64,000 nt of DNA from NCBI GenBank assembly GCA_951406725.2, contig OX597814.1, positions 200,074,001 through 200,138,000 of the forward strand, in the 5' to 3' direction. Positions 37,053 through 50,600 of this stretch are shown piece after piece. The notes below the pieces were generated by a model. It was not told the DNA's origin. It saw nothing but the letters and a program-made list of their open reading frames with translations, and made no database searches. This stretch comes from Octopus vulgaris (lineage: Eukaryota). The position numbers and the translations under genes were made by a program. Every line of letters begins with the position of its first letter. Within the stretch, counting starts at the first letter, position 1.

Positions 37053-37660
37053 TACTCTTACTCTTTTACGTGTTTCAGTCATTTGACTGTGGCCATGCTG
37101 GAGCACCGCCTTTAGTCGAGCACATCGACCCCAGGACTTATTCTTTGTAAGCCCAGTACTTATTCTATCGGTCTCTTTTGCTGAACCACTAAGTAACGGG
37201 GATGTAAACACACCACCATCGGTTGTCAAGCTGTGTTGGGGGGACAAACACAAACACACACATACATATATATATATATATATTTATATGTAGGTCCCGG
37301 GTTGATTCGGGGTTAACCACAGTAAGTAAGGTACTCAATACATAGCAGAGTAAAATTAATTTATTATATAGAAGGAGCTTCTACAGGACTAGTACTGTTT
37401 CATTCAAGAGAAATCTTCCTGAAGATTTCTCTTGAATGAAACAGTACTAGTCCTGTAGAAGCTCCTTCTATATAATAAATATATATATTTATATATATAT
37501 ACGACGGGCTTCTTTCAGTTTCCATCTACCAAATCCACTAACAAGGCTTTGGTCGGCCCGAGGCTATAGTAGAAGACACTTGCCCAATGTGCCATGCAGT
37601 GGAAATGAACCCGGAACCATGAGGTGGCTAAGCAAGCTACTTACCACACAGCCATTCCTA
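37053..37660 (-). mobile_element. SINE family A with a fold-back insertion (about 37290-37480) in its (TA)n tract
   Basis: Both SINE halves flank the insert. Confidence 0.85.
37359..37480. repeat. Perfect 60-bp inverted repeat with a 2-nt spacer
   Basis: 37359-37418 is the exact reverse complement of 37421-37480. Confidence 0.95.
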
Positions 37661-37749
37661 CCACATAATTATATAAAAATAATTAACTAAGGGATCATGA
37701 AGTGGAGAGGTTGTTTTGGTTTTGAACAAGAGTATTCTTTTCAGTAGAT

Positions 37750-37992
37750 CAGTGTTTCTCAACCCTTTTTCCTAAGGACCTCTTTGATCCTTGTTTTACT
37801 TGGATGGACCCGCATAGCTGTTTGACATGTAAAACATCATATATTTTTACAATTATATGAGGAAGTGTATTAAAAAATTGTTAAAATATGTTGTGTATTA
37901 TAGAAACATAACAAATTTATTTCACCTAAATTTTAACAAGAGATTCTTTATGGATTCTCAAGAGTAATAAGGAACCTGGTTGATAATAGCAA
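37750..37992. mobile_element. Degenerate hAT/Charlie-like MITE
   Basis: Begins cagtgtttctcaacc; the far end ggttgataatagc is a decayed inverted match. Confidence 0.45.
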
Positions 37993-38441
37993 CTCCCTAC
38001 TATTATTGTAAATAAAACAGCTCTCCACCTCAATTGTGGATCATTGGTGTGATGAACTTAATTATTGGAGGTGGAAGCAAAAACTGGACTAGTTCAGTAA
38101 GGTTTTAGGGAATTCAACAAAATCAACTTTCATATTGGTAAATTTGCCTTGGCTTTTAAACTTTGATAAATTTTCTTTAAGAAACCCCAAAATTATAGAA
38201 TTCACTAACAAAATTGTAAGAAAAATACATCATATTACAATGTAATCAAGTTTTATTACATATCTTCTAAAATACAGGTAGTCAAGGCCAAACATTTGAA
38301 TATTTTCAAGAAAGGAAAAGCAAGTCATATCCATACTTGTTATCTCCAAATAAAATAAAATTTATCATTTATATTTCCTTTTCCATATTTGGTTTTTGGA
38401 TTTGGTTTGCAAGATTCCTTATATGAGTTTGTGTGTTGAAA

Positions 38442-38650
38442 CATATTCTGTTGTGTCTGGGGAGAGTCATTTTCTTTTTGTGCCTTATTATGTAACACAC
38501 TCACTGGTAAAATTTCCACTTATTTTTATTTTCCTGCAACGAAAATTTTAGGAAAATAAAAATAAGAAATAAGTGGAAATTTTACTGGTGAGTGTGTTAA
38601 ATTATAAGTCACAAAAAGAAAATGACTCTCCCCAGACACAACAGAATATG
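38442..38650. repeat. Imperfect ~95-bp inverted repeat with a 14-nt spacer
   Basis: catattctgttgtgtctggggagagtcatttt... pairs with ...aaaatgactctccccagacacaacagaatatg. Confidence 0.9.
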
Positions 38651-39063
38651 CTTTTTCATTTTCATCAAAATTATTTTATAATAGTTTCTTATGAGAATTT
38701 AGTTAAAAATTCTTTGGAAACTTGACTAATAAAGTATACATAAATTTAAAGTAAGATATAAATTAATAAATACAATGAACAAATTATCCAATTCTAATGC
38801 AGCTATTACATAGGTAAGCAATGAATATATTTTGTTTAGAATATTTAAAAGTGAAGTTTGAGGAAACTTTGGTCTGATCACGGAAAGAATTACACAATGT
38901 TGTTATTATTTTGTGTCTCTGAACAACCACAGAGACAGACATCTGAAATTACTGTTTGTAAACTGGATGGACATTTTAATTTGTAATGAACATTCTGCAA
39001 ATGCTTATGGAAATTGGAATAAAATAAAAAAGAGAAAACATCGCCAGTGATAAATGAACATAT

Positions 39064-39225
39064 TAGGCGCAGGAGTGGCTGTGTGGTAAGTAGCTTGCTT
39101 ACCAGCCATATGGTTCTGGGTTCAGTCCCACTGCATGACACCTTGGGCAAGTGTCTTCTACTATAGCCTCGGGCTGACCAAAGCCTTGTGAGTGGATTTG
39201 GTAGACGGAAACTGAAAGAAGCCAG

Positions 39226-39289
<64 letters not shown>

Positions 39290-39470
39290 TTGTGTTTGTC
39301 CCCCCCCCCCCCACCAACATCACTTGACAACTTAGCGGTTCAGCAAAAGAGACCGATAGAATAAGTACTAGGCTTACAAAGAATAAGTCCTGGGGTCGAT
39401 TTGCTCGACTAAAGGTGGTGCTCCAGCATGGCCACAGTCAAATGGCTGTAACAAGTAAAACAGTAAAGAG
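39064..39470 (+). mobile_element. SINE family A
   Basis: Head aggcgcaggagtggctgtgtgg, then (TA)n and the family tail. Further copies lie at about 40505-40818 (+) and 45427-45817 (-). Confidence 0.9.
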
Positions 39471-39954
39471 AATATTATTGTTGAGCTGCAAGATGATATT
39501 GGCAGTCAGGTAACTGAACTACCTTGGAAATTCTGAATGGATTTGAATAACCCAAAGCTAAAAATGTGTAATCTCAAACTAAAGCAGTTTGGTGATCAAC
39601 CAACTCCTCAGAATTTGGAGAAAGTATGAATCATAAAAGAAACAAGTCAAAGAATAAAGGCTGTGTGTTTGTGTGTTGCAGAATGTAAAAGAAATAAAAT
39701 CAAGTTTTACTCGACATGGATTTGATGAATCCTGTTCATGCATCATTAATTAATGAGATTGAGATTCTTGGATAATTTTGGGAGATTATGAAGTTTTAAA
39801 GCTAACAATCTCTTCAAAGGATGACTACATCTTCCATGTGGGATTAAAGCAGGCATTGCTGTGTTTCAACGGAACTGAACATGTTGGGAATGACATTAAT
39901 AATGTTATCATTCATCAAGAAATGCTATTCTAGAAACGTGAATATTTGATAATC

Positions 39955-40365
39955 ATCCTCATCATCGTTTAACGTCCGTTTTCCATGCTAGCATGGGTTG
40001 GACGGTTCGACCAGGGTCTGGGAAGCCAGGAGACTACACCAGGCTCCAGTCTGATCTGGCAGTGTTTCTACAGCTGGATGCCATGCCTAACGCCAACCAC
40101 TCCGAGAGTGTAGTTAGTGGGTGCCTTTTGCGTGCCACGGGCACAGGGGCCAGAGGAGGCTGGCAACGTTCACGATTGGTTGATGCTTTTTACGTGCCAC
40201 CGGCATGGATGCCAGTCAAGGCGGTGCTGGCATCAGCCATGTCTGGATGGTGTTTTTTACGTGCCACTGGCACGGGTATCACAGCTACAATTTCCATTTG
40301 ATTTTTATTTTTATGTTGATGTACTTGACTCAATAGGTCTCCTCAAGCACAGCAGGTCACCCTAT
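39955..40365 (-). mobile_element. RTE LINE 3' UTR fragment
   Basis: Reverse complement of the UTR seen at 5625-5983. Confidence 0.85.
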
Positions 40366-43300
40366 GACAGCACAGCAGGCCGTCCTGTGCTTGATAATGT
40401 CTGTGAATTTTATGATATAATCATTTATGTACACATAGAATCAAATAGAATTACTGAAAGATTACTTAAAAAAACATGTCCTCTGTAGTAAGGTTTTTAT
40501 TCACGGCACCTTCTACTATATCCTTGGGCCAACCAAAGCCTTGTGAGTGGATTTGGTAGACGGAAACTGAAAGAAGCCTGTCATATATGTGTGTGTGTGT
40601 GTGTGTGTATGTTTGTCTGTCTGTCTGTGTTTGTACCCCCAACATCGCTTGACAACTGATGCTGGTGTGTTTACGTTCCCGTAGCATAGCGGTTCAGCAA
40701 AAGAGACCGATAGAATAAGTACTAGGCTTACAAAGAATAAGTCCTGTGGTCGATTTGCTCAACTAAAGGCGGTGCTCCAGCATGAACACAGTCAAATGAC
40801 TGAAACAAGTAAAAGAGAATATTTAATGTGTAATGAGGGTTTTATTTACATCCCTGTGCATAGTATATCTTTTATGTGTGTCTATAATTGTTTATGTTGT
40901 GTGTATGTACTGCAATATCTGTGTTGGTAATTGTAAGGTTATTGAATTCTACTGAAAACCTGGGTTCTGTTGCTTGGTGCCACTCAACTGGTGAGGCATC
41001 TTAATGTTTGTAAAAGTGTTTTTGCTGCCTTCATTGATGGTGGGTTGTGACGATAGTTGGCAGATGGTCTGAGAAGTAGTGCAAGATTATTTTGCAAATG
41101 GTCCAGGCAACAAGCTGTGGGAAGCAGATGGTGATGTCTGGAGCAGAGATGTTGTTGACTTGTTGAGATAATTATGTGTTTGTGTGTTCGTTGTTTAGCA
41201 TACGAAAGGTGTTGTGTAATACTGTTTTGTTACCTTTTGTGCTTTATCTGTACTTTGTAAAAATCAAGTCATAATAAGTACCAAATTGTACAACCTGGTA
41301 AGATAATTGTTGGCAATTATAAGTTAATTAATATGTTTCTTAAGATTTATGTAATATTTACATTTTAAAATATGCAAAAAAAAAAAACGTCTGTATTTCA
41401 TAAGTTAATTAAAAACCAAATTTTAGCATTGTTATAAAACCTTTGTTTTGTAAAAATAACAAAATTCAATTAGAATGAGTTCTTTACAAGAGTCTAGTCT
41501 GATAATAAATACAAGATCAGAGATCAAACTTTAGAATGTGAAAATATAATTAAATCTAAGTAAGTATTATGAAAATTGTACCTTAAAAGTGAAGGTTACG
41601 TTTAGACATCAAAGAAACAAATTAAAATACAATGAAAGTAGTAATGATCTGCATAAAAGAATCAAACAAAAATCTGACACTACGATTCATCAATTAAAAA
41701 GAAATTTTTGTCATGTGTTGATATAAATTGTAATGTTTAACACAAGCCCCCACTCCTTCATGTGTTATTAAAACAATGTTGATATCTTAGTAATAAAGTA
41801 GGTTTTAAAAAAATATTTAATTGAATGGAGAGAGGCGGTGCCTTTCATGTGTGTCAGCCTTTCTACACTAGCAACCTCAATGCATTTGATACTCAGCTTA
41901 AACATTTTACATCAATATTTGCAGGAAATGCATAGGCAGGGAGATAATTCCAGAAGTGTTGTAGTTACAGTGTTTGGGAGGAAATAGTCAATGAATGTTT
42001 AATGCTGGGCCTGGGAAGAAGATCATTGAGAGAGGGTTGCTGGTTGGAGAGAATATGCAGTTACTTCAGAAGAGCAGAGGCTGTGGTAGTAGCAATTAAT
42101 TAGTGTTTGTAGTTTATTGCTGAGTAAATCATTGCCAATGTGTGTGTGTGTGTGTGTGGAGCAGTAGGATCATCCCATATACTGCAGCACAGAGGAGACA
42201 CAGGGGCCAGGCAGGCAGTACTGGCAATGACCTCACTTGAATCTCTTTACACATGCCACCGGCACAGGTGCCAGTAAGGTGACGTTGGTAATGATCACAC
42301 TCGAATGGTGCCCTTTTACGTGCCACAGAACGGGGACCACTCAGGCGGTACTAGCAATGACCTCGCTCAAATTTTTTTACACATGCGAATCTTAATAGAA
42401 AACCTTTAGTAAACCTTGTCCAGCCCATGACAACATGGAAAAGCAAACATGAAAATGTTATGACATTGATGATGACATAGTACAAAACTGCTTTTGTTTT
42501 GCAAGACTAGTTAAATATAATAGTAACCAAAAGCACTCTTTTAAACTTTAGTTTGAAGCAGGGAAGTAATTTAAAGACTTGCTTTCTAAAATTTTCCATT
42601 TTATTAGAAATTGCTTTTGACATGTAGTTATATAGACATTCATGTATATATGCACCTAAGGCCCAGATTCTTTCTTCATTTAGAATGGAAATTTAGTTTT
42701 TAACTTTAGATATTCTCTATGGTTCAGTCATGAGTAACAAATTTTAAAATTATAAACTGCTATTATATTACCAAATCGAACAAAAATAGATGGATAAAAA
42801 AAAAATTAATTTTTGCATTGTGGATTTTAATTGGTTGAATTTTATTTTAATTTATTTATTTCACCCCTTTTTTTTGTTTTTGAAATTTTAAGTTTTTCCG
42901 TTCTTTTCAGTCGTGTTATAAACCATTAAACAGTAAAATATCTATTTAATTATTAGTGTTTCCTAATTCCGCTGCCAGCTAAATTATTATTTGCTTCTTC
43001 TTGTCTTCAGGTTTGCAAATCAAATACTGGAATCATAATAATTACTACTACAAAAGTTTAGTTTTTCAAAAACTGTGCATTATTTTGTTTTTCTTTTAAA
43101 ATCCTATCATAGTTTTGTTTAATGAATACATTGTGTGGTTGTTGGACCTGAATTAGCTTCCAGATAGTTCTTAGCAAATAAAAAGAATGTAATACCAAGT
43201 TAAATTTATATCTCTTTTCTATTTTGGCAACTTATACTACTTTTCGAATGCAGCTGTCTGCCTCAAATAGCTTCAGGTCTCAAGCAAGTTCATAAATATT

Positions 43301-43990
43301 TGAGTATTGGGATATGGCTTTATTAACTCTGAAACCTCTAAGCTTTCTTTTTCTCCTGAATTATAAAGGAAAGAGGAGAAAGAGAGAGAGAGTAAGACAG
43401 AGAGAGAGAGAGAGAGAAAAAAAAAAGACTGAAATATTGATTAGGAGAAGAAAATATTTACAAAATTGATTTTTCTCTGCATGAAGAAGTGATTTACTGT
43501 GTAGAGTGACTGAACTTAACATTTTTCAGTATTAATTTTCACATCTTTATTTTGTCATCTTCATATTTGGATTTTACTATTTGAGTTGAAACAGAGAGAG
43601 AGAGGGAGAGAGAGAATGAGTGTATGTGTTTGTGTGTGCATATAAATGTGTGTATGTGTGATAGTGTTTATGCAGTGTGTCACCGTTGGAAAACATCTTC
43701 AAGTGAATGAAACAGAATTCAATGCTTTTTCTTTTGAAGCAATCTCCAAAAGTCACAAAGCTTGTAATGCGTAATAATGTGATTTACATTATGTGCATCG
43801 CATTTCAGTTTAGAAATAGAAGCATAAGACATTTCTCCTCCTATGTCATATACAATCTCCATTGTTTTGGCTTTAATATATTAATGCATTCAAATATCTA
43901 CCAATGTGGATGTAAAAAAAATTTTACAGGAATTTACACTTGCAATATCGTTTGCTTAAAACGTCTGTGAATTTTCATCTTCTATCTTAG

Positions 43991-44082
43991 GAATTACACC
44001 TGTGTTTCGTGGTCTGCTACCACAGCAGCTCCTTTATAGGATCCAGTTAGCTCAAGACATCATCAGGAGGAACCACGTCTAG
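43991..44082 (+). CDS. Candidate terminal coding exon (phase 1) of an unidentified host gene
   Basis: Acceptor ttttcatcttctatcttAG. The frame reads xITPVFRGLLPQQLLYRIQLAQDIIRRNHV*. Unique GC-rich island extending to about 44190, phase-compatible with 28773-28838. Confidence 0.4.
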
Positions 44083-44537
44083 TTTTGGCCCCTACTCCTC
44101 TACCGTTTTGATGTGGCGGGGCCCCCCCCCTGCTTTCGGAGGTGTCTCCAGCTCAGATGTTGATGGAAACGGGAATGTCATGATCTCATTAGATTATAGT
44201 AACCAAATAACAAGTAAAAGAAATACCCTAAACAAGAGAAAGTAGGCACAGTGTCTCTAAAAATGCAAACTGCAATTTTACACCCGACATTGAGCAAGAT
44301 GTATCATACTTCTATATTTACATCAGTTGTCTCTCTTGACAGATGCATCTGATGTCTAATTATTCTCATCATTTAATGAAGCACCATCCGTATTACACAT
44401 TGATTGAATTATGTTTGCTCTGTTTCCCTCTAAATATTGGTGTTCCCTACCCAGGACTTGCCATCTTGTAGTTCTAGAAGTCTGATACAAGACACTTATG
44501 CTTGTCTCTCTATCATACGTAATAATGGTCGAGAATA

Positions 44538-44741
44538 TATTTCTTTACTACCCACAAGGGGCTAAACACAGAGGGGACAAACAAGGAGAGACAAACGGAT
44601 TAAGTCGATTACATCGACCCCAGTGCGTAACTGGTACTTATTTAATCAACCCCGAAAGGATGAAAGGCAAAGTCGACCTTGGCAGAATTTGAACTCGGAA
44701 TGTAACGACAGACGAAATACGGCAATGCATTTCGCCCGGCA
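44538..44741 (-). mobile_element. SINE family B (head truncated)
   Basis: Matches the 184-bp unit at 4021-4801. Confidence 0.85.
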
Positions 44742-46217
44742 GAATATAAAGCTGTTCTAATCATGACCATACTGCCATTATTTAAAGGTATATAGGACTG
44801 CATTATCATATGACTCCTTTCCTGAAAATAGTAAGAGCTGCTATTTCTAGCACACACAGAGAGACTCCCTTCTAGTAATGGTAGTACACACGCACTGACC
44901 AGCTCTATCTTTCTACTTACCTCCCCTGCTAACTGCCTTCAGATGGTGACTTTTGCTCCTTTTTCACATTAGCGTCAACTATTCTCCTTTAATACCGGCT
45001 GCTGCTTGTACATCATCTGTTATAGCCAACTGCTTGCTGAGACGTCTACAAACATGATAGATGACTTGTATTCCAATAGAAATGTCCATGTGCATATTTG
45101 CTTGTGCACAGACACATATGAACACATAGGCACAAACAAAAGACATAGCTACTTAACTTTATTATATGTGATGTGCTTGTGTGATAACAATGACAGTATT
45201 ATAAAACCTCTAAATGCAGAAGGTCCACTTTCCAATGTTTCAATCAGAAGAACCATTAATAACATGGTTCATTGTCCCTTTAACTATTTTGCCACCTACA
45301 GTGATTCCGACCGCTTCTCAAGAAATGTATTCAATCGTGTACTTCTGATCTCCCATGCAACTATTGTGAAAGAGTTGCGTGGGAAGGAGTTTCTATTGGA
45401 AAGCAAAACCCTGGAAACTGTATTGTCTCTTTTACTTGTTTCAGTCATTTGACTGTGGCCATGCTGGAGCACCGCCTTTAGTCAAGCAAATCGACCCCAG
45501 GGCTTATTCTTTGTAAGCCTAGTACTTATTCAATCGGTCTCTTTTGCTGAACCGCTAAGTTACAGGGACGTAAACACACCAGCATCGGTTGTCAAGCGAT
45601 GTTGGGGAAACACAGACACACAAACATATATATATATACATACACACACATATACACGACGGGCTTCTTTCAGTTTCCGTCATCCACATCCACTCACAAG
45701 GCTTTGGTCAGCCTGAGGCTATAGTAGAAGACACTTGCCCAAGGTTCCACTCAGTGGGACTGAACCCAGAACCATGTAGTTGGTAAGCCAGCAACTTACC
45801 ACACAGCCACTCCTGTGCTGAGAATTGTGGAGTATTTTCTTTTGATTGTAGATTGTTGTAATTTAGCCACAGGTCAACCCTGATTAATCTATGTTCAAAG
45901 ATGTTCCAGCCATGACCATCCAGTGTTTTCAATCAATACTGTGCACTCACAGCCATAAAGATCAGCTTTGGTCGAGCAGATATTCCACCCATGGCTATAT
46001 AATCATCTTCCCTCACACAGTCCACGTGTAACCATATTGTTAAAAATGTTTTGTTCTAAGATGGTAGGGTGCTGAACTATGAAAAGGGTACTTGGCTGCA
46101 ATTTCTAACAGGATCATCTTTTATTGGAGAAGACACAATGGGTAGAAATCTTAAAAGATGCTCCGGAGTATGAATGAAATGCTTCTTTATAAACATTTTT
46201 ATAAACTATTTTCACTC

Positions 46218-46665
46218 GCACAGAGTGAAAGGCAGACTGTATGATGCGTGTGTACGAACAGCCATGCTACATGGCAGTGAAACATGGGCCGTGACTGCTG
46301 AGGATATGCGTAAGCTCGCAAGAAATGAAGCCAGTATGCTCCGATGGATGTGTAATGTCAGTGTTCATAATCGACAGAGTGTAAGTACCTTGAGAGAAAA
46401 GCTGGACCTAAGAAGCATCAGTTGTGGTGTGCAAGAGAGACGATTGCGCTGGTATGGTCATGTGGCGAGAATGGATGAAGATAGTTGTGTGAAAAAGTGC
46501 CACACCCTAGTGGTTGAGGGAACCTGTGGAAGAGGCAGACCCAGGAAAACCTGGGACGAGGTGGTGAAGCACGACCTTCGAACCTTAGGTCTCACTGAGG
46601 AAATGACCAGAGACCGAGTCCTCTGGAAGTGTGCTGTGCGCGAGAAGACCCGGCAGGACAAGTGA
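46218..46665 (+). pseudogene. C-terminal ORF fragment of a 5'-truncated RTE-clade LINE
   Basis: RVKGRLYDACVRTAMLHGSETW...MLRWMC...RRLRWYGHVARM...GRGRPRKTW, the typical RTE post-RT motifs. The ORF's first residues are flanking DNA. Confidence 0.9.
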
Positions 46666-47463
46666 GTCCATAACCCGTGGCCTTCTACTTGGGATGAGCC
46701 AGCCTACGTATGCAGACCTTCCCTTCTTGGGACACAAAACTCTACTTGTGAAGACCTGTTGAGGCAAGTGAGGATCAGAATCGAAATCGATCAATGGAAA
46801 TTGCAGATGTGTTACCAGTGCCGGTGGCATGTCGAAACTCTACTTGTGAAGAGCCGTTGAAGCAAGTGACGATCAGAATGGAAATCGATCAATGGAAATT
46901 GCAGATGTGTTAACAGTGCCGGTGGCATGTCGAAACTCTACTTGTGAAGACCCGTTGAGGCAAGTGAGGATCAGAATGGAAATCGATCAATGGAAATTGC
47001 AGATGTGTTAACAGTGCCGGTGGCATGTCGAAACTCTACTTGTGAAGACCCGTTGAGGCAAGTGAGGATCAGAATGGAAATCGATCAATGGAAATTGCAG
47101 ATGTGTTACCAGTGCCGGTGGCATGTAAGAGAACCTTCCGTTTCGCGACCGTTGCCAGCACCGCCCCGTTTCGTGTCCATTGCCAGCCTCGCCTGGCCCT
47201 TGTGCCGGTGGCACATAAAAAGCACCATCCGTTCGTGGCCGTTTGCCAGCTCTGTCTGGCACCTGTGCGGGTGGCACGTAAAAAGCACCCACTACACTCA
47301 CGGAGTGGTTGGCGTTAGGAAGGGCATCCAGCCGTAGAAACACTGCCAGATTTGACTGGGCCTGATGAAGCCTTCTGGCTTCACAGACCCCAGTAGAACC
47401 GTCCAACCCATGCTAGCATGGAAAACGGACGCTAAACGACGACGATGATGATGATGATGATGA
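46666..47463 (+). mobile_element. RTE 3' UTR containing a 4 x 98-bp tandem (46737-47127) and a (GAT)n tail
   Basis: tctacttgtg recurs at 46741, 46839, 46937 and 47035. Confidence 0.9.
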
Positions 47464-47640
47464 TAAAGTAAAACTTAAATTAGCAGATCTTAAAGGTACA
47501 CTATTACCAATGTCCCAACCACACGGTTCTGGGTTCTGTCCCATTGTGAGGCACTCTGGGCAGGTGTCTTCTACTGAAGGCTAACTAAAGCTTTGTGAGT
47601 GGATTTGGTAGACAGAAACTGAAAGAAGCCCATCAGATAT

Positions 47641-50600
47641 ATCATCATTACCATCATCATAATGGCATGGATTGGACGGTTTGACTGAGGACTGGTGAGC
47701 CAAGAGGCTGCACTAGGCTCCAATCTGATCTGGCAAAATTTCTACAGCTGGATGCCCTTCCTAATACCAACACCTCCAAGAGTGTAGTGGGTGCTTTTAC
47801 GTGCAACAGGCACGAAGGCCAGTCAGGGGATTCTGGCAACGACCACACTCAAAAGGTGTTTTTTATGTGCTACCTGCATGGGAGCCAGTCCGGTAGCACT
47901 GGCAATGATCATGCTCGAATGTTGTTTTTCATGTGCTACTAGCATATGTGCCAGTTAGGCGACACTGGCAATGATCATGCTCGAATGGTGCTTTTTATGT
48001 GCATATAGCATATGTGCAAGTTAGGCGACACTGGCAATGATCATGCTCGAATGGTGCTTTTTATGTGCTACTAGCATATGTGCCAGTTAGGCGACACTGG
48101 CAATGATCATGCTCGAATGGTGCTTTTTATGTGCTACTAGCATATGTGCCAGTTAGGCGACACTGGCAATGATCATGCTCGAATGGTGCTTTTTATGTGC
48201 TACTAGCATATGTGCCAGTTAGGCGACACTGGCAATGATCATGCTCGAATGTTGTTTTTCATGTGCTACTAGCATATGTGCCAGTTAGGCGACACTGGCA
48301 ATGATCATGCTCGAATGGTGCTTTTTATGTGCTACTAGCATATGTGCCAGTTAGGCGACACTGGCAATGATCATGCTCGAATGGTGCTTTTTATGTGCAT
48401 ATAGCATATGTGCCAGTTAGGCGACACTGGCAATGATCATGCTTGAATGGTGCTTTTTATGTGCTACTAGCATATGTGCCAGTTAGGCGACACTGGCAAT
48501 GATCATGCTCAAATGGTGCTTTTTATGTGCTACTAGCATATGTGCCAGTTAGGCGACACTGGCAATGATCATGCTCAAATGGTGCTTTTTATGTGCTACT
48601 AGCATATGTGCCAGTTAGGCGACACTGGCAATGATCATGCTCAAATGGTGCTTTTTATGTGCTACTAGCATATGTGCCAGTTAGGCGACACTGGCAATGA
48701 TCATGCTCAAATGGTGCTTTTTATGTGCTACTAGCATATGTGCCAGTTAGGCGACACTGGCAATGATCATGCTCAAATGGTGCTTTTTATGTGCTACTAG
48801 CATATGTGCCAGTTAGGCGACACTGGCAATGATCATGCTCAAATGGTGCTTTTTATGTGCTACTAGCATATGTGCCAGTTAGGCGACACTGGCAATGATC
48901 ATGCTCAAATGGTGCTTTTTATGTGCTACTAGCATATGTGCCAGTTAGGCGACACTGGCAATGATCATGCTCGAATGGTGCTTTTTATGTGCTACTAGCA
49001 TATGTGCCAGTTAGGCGACACTGGCAATGATCATGCTCAAATGGTGCTTTTTATGTGCTACTAGCATATGTGCCAGTTAGGCGACACTGGCAATGATCAT
49101 GCTCAAATGGTGCTTTTTATGTGCTACTAGCATATGTGCCAGTTAGGCGACACTGGCAATGATCATGCTCAAATGGTGCTTTTTATGTGCTACTAGCATA
49201 TGTGCCAGTTAGGCGACACTGGCAATGATCATGCTCGAATGGTGCTTTTTATGTGCTACTAGCATATGTGCCAGTTAGGCGACACTGGCAATGATCATGC
49301 TCGAATGGTGCTTTTTATGTGCTACTAGCATATGTGCCAGTTAGGCGACACTGGCAATGATCATGCTCGAATGGTGCTTTTTATGTGCTACTAGCATATG
49401 TGCCAGTTAGGCGACACTGGCAATGATCATGCTCGAATGGTGCTTTTTATGTGCTACTAGCATATGTGCCAGTTAGGCGACACTGGCAATGATCATGCTC
49501 GAATGGTGCTTTTTATGTGCTACTAGCATATGTGCCAGTTAGGCGACACTGGCAATGATCATGCTCGAATGGTGCTTTTTATGTGCTACTAGCATATGTG
49601 CCAGTTAGGCGACACTGGCAATGATCATGCTCGAATGGTGCTTTTTATGTGCTACTAGCATATGTGCCAGTTAGGCGACACTGGCAATGATCATGCTCAA
49701 ATGGTGCTTTTTATGTGCTACTAGCATATGTGCCAGTTAGGCGACACTGGCAATGATCATGCTCAAATGGTGCTTTTTATGTGCTACTAGCATATGTGCC
49801 AGTTAGGCGACACTGGCAATGATCATGCTCAAATGGTGCTTTTTATGTGCTACTAGCATATGTGCCAGTTAGGCGACACTGGCAATGATCATGCTCAAAT
49901 GGTGCTTTTTATGTGCTACTAGCATATGTGCCAGTTAGGCGACACTGGCAATGATCATGCTCGAATGGTGCTTTTTATGTGCTACTAGCATATGTGCCAG
50001 TTAGGCGACACTGGCAATGATCATGCTCAAATGGTGCTTTTTATGTGCTACTAGCATATGTGCCAGTTAGGCGACACTGGCAATGATCATGCTCAAATGG
50101 TGCTTTTTATGTGCTACTAGCATATGTGCCAGTTAGGCGACACTGGCAATGATCATGCTCAAATGGTGCTTTTTATGTGCTACTAGCATACGTGCCAGTT
50201 AGGCGACACTGGCAATGATCATGCTCAAATGGTGCTTTTTATGTGCTACTAGCATATGTGCCAGTTAGGCGACACTGGCAATGATCATGCTCAAATGGTG
50301 CTTTTTATGTGCTACTAGCATATGTGCCAGTTAGGCGACACTGGCAATGATCATGCTCAAATGGTGCTTTTTATGTGCTACTAGCATATGTGCCAGTTAG
50401 GCGACACTGGCAATGATCATGCTCGAATGGTGCTTTTTATGTGCCAGTTAGGCGACACTGGCAATGATCATGCTCGAATGGTGCTTTTTATGTGCTACTA
50501 GCATATGTGCCAGTTAGGCGACACTGGCAATGATCATGCTCGAATGGTGCTTTTTATGTGCTACTAGCATATGTGCCAGTTAGGCGACACTGGCAATGAT

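Noticed and set aside
40840-41250. APE endonuclease remnant (SDHLP on the minus strand)
   Set aside because: One short motif in heavily decayed sequence; it would need an HMM search.
43995-44075. Minus-strand CTGATGA...CGAAAC hammerhead
   Set aside because: Stem I cannot form and the intervening segment has no clean stem II.
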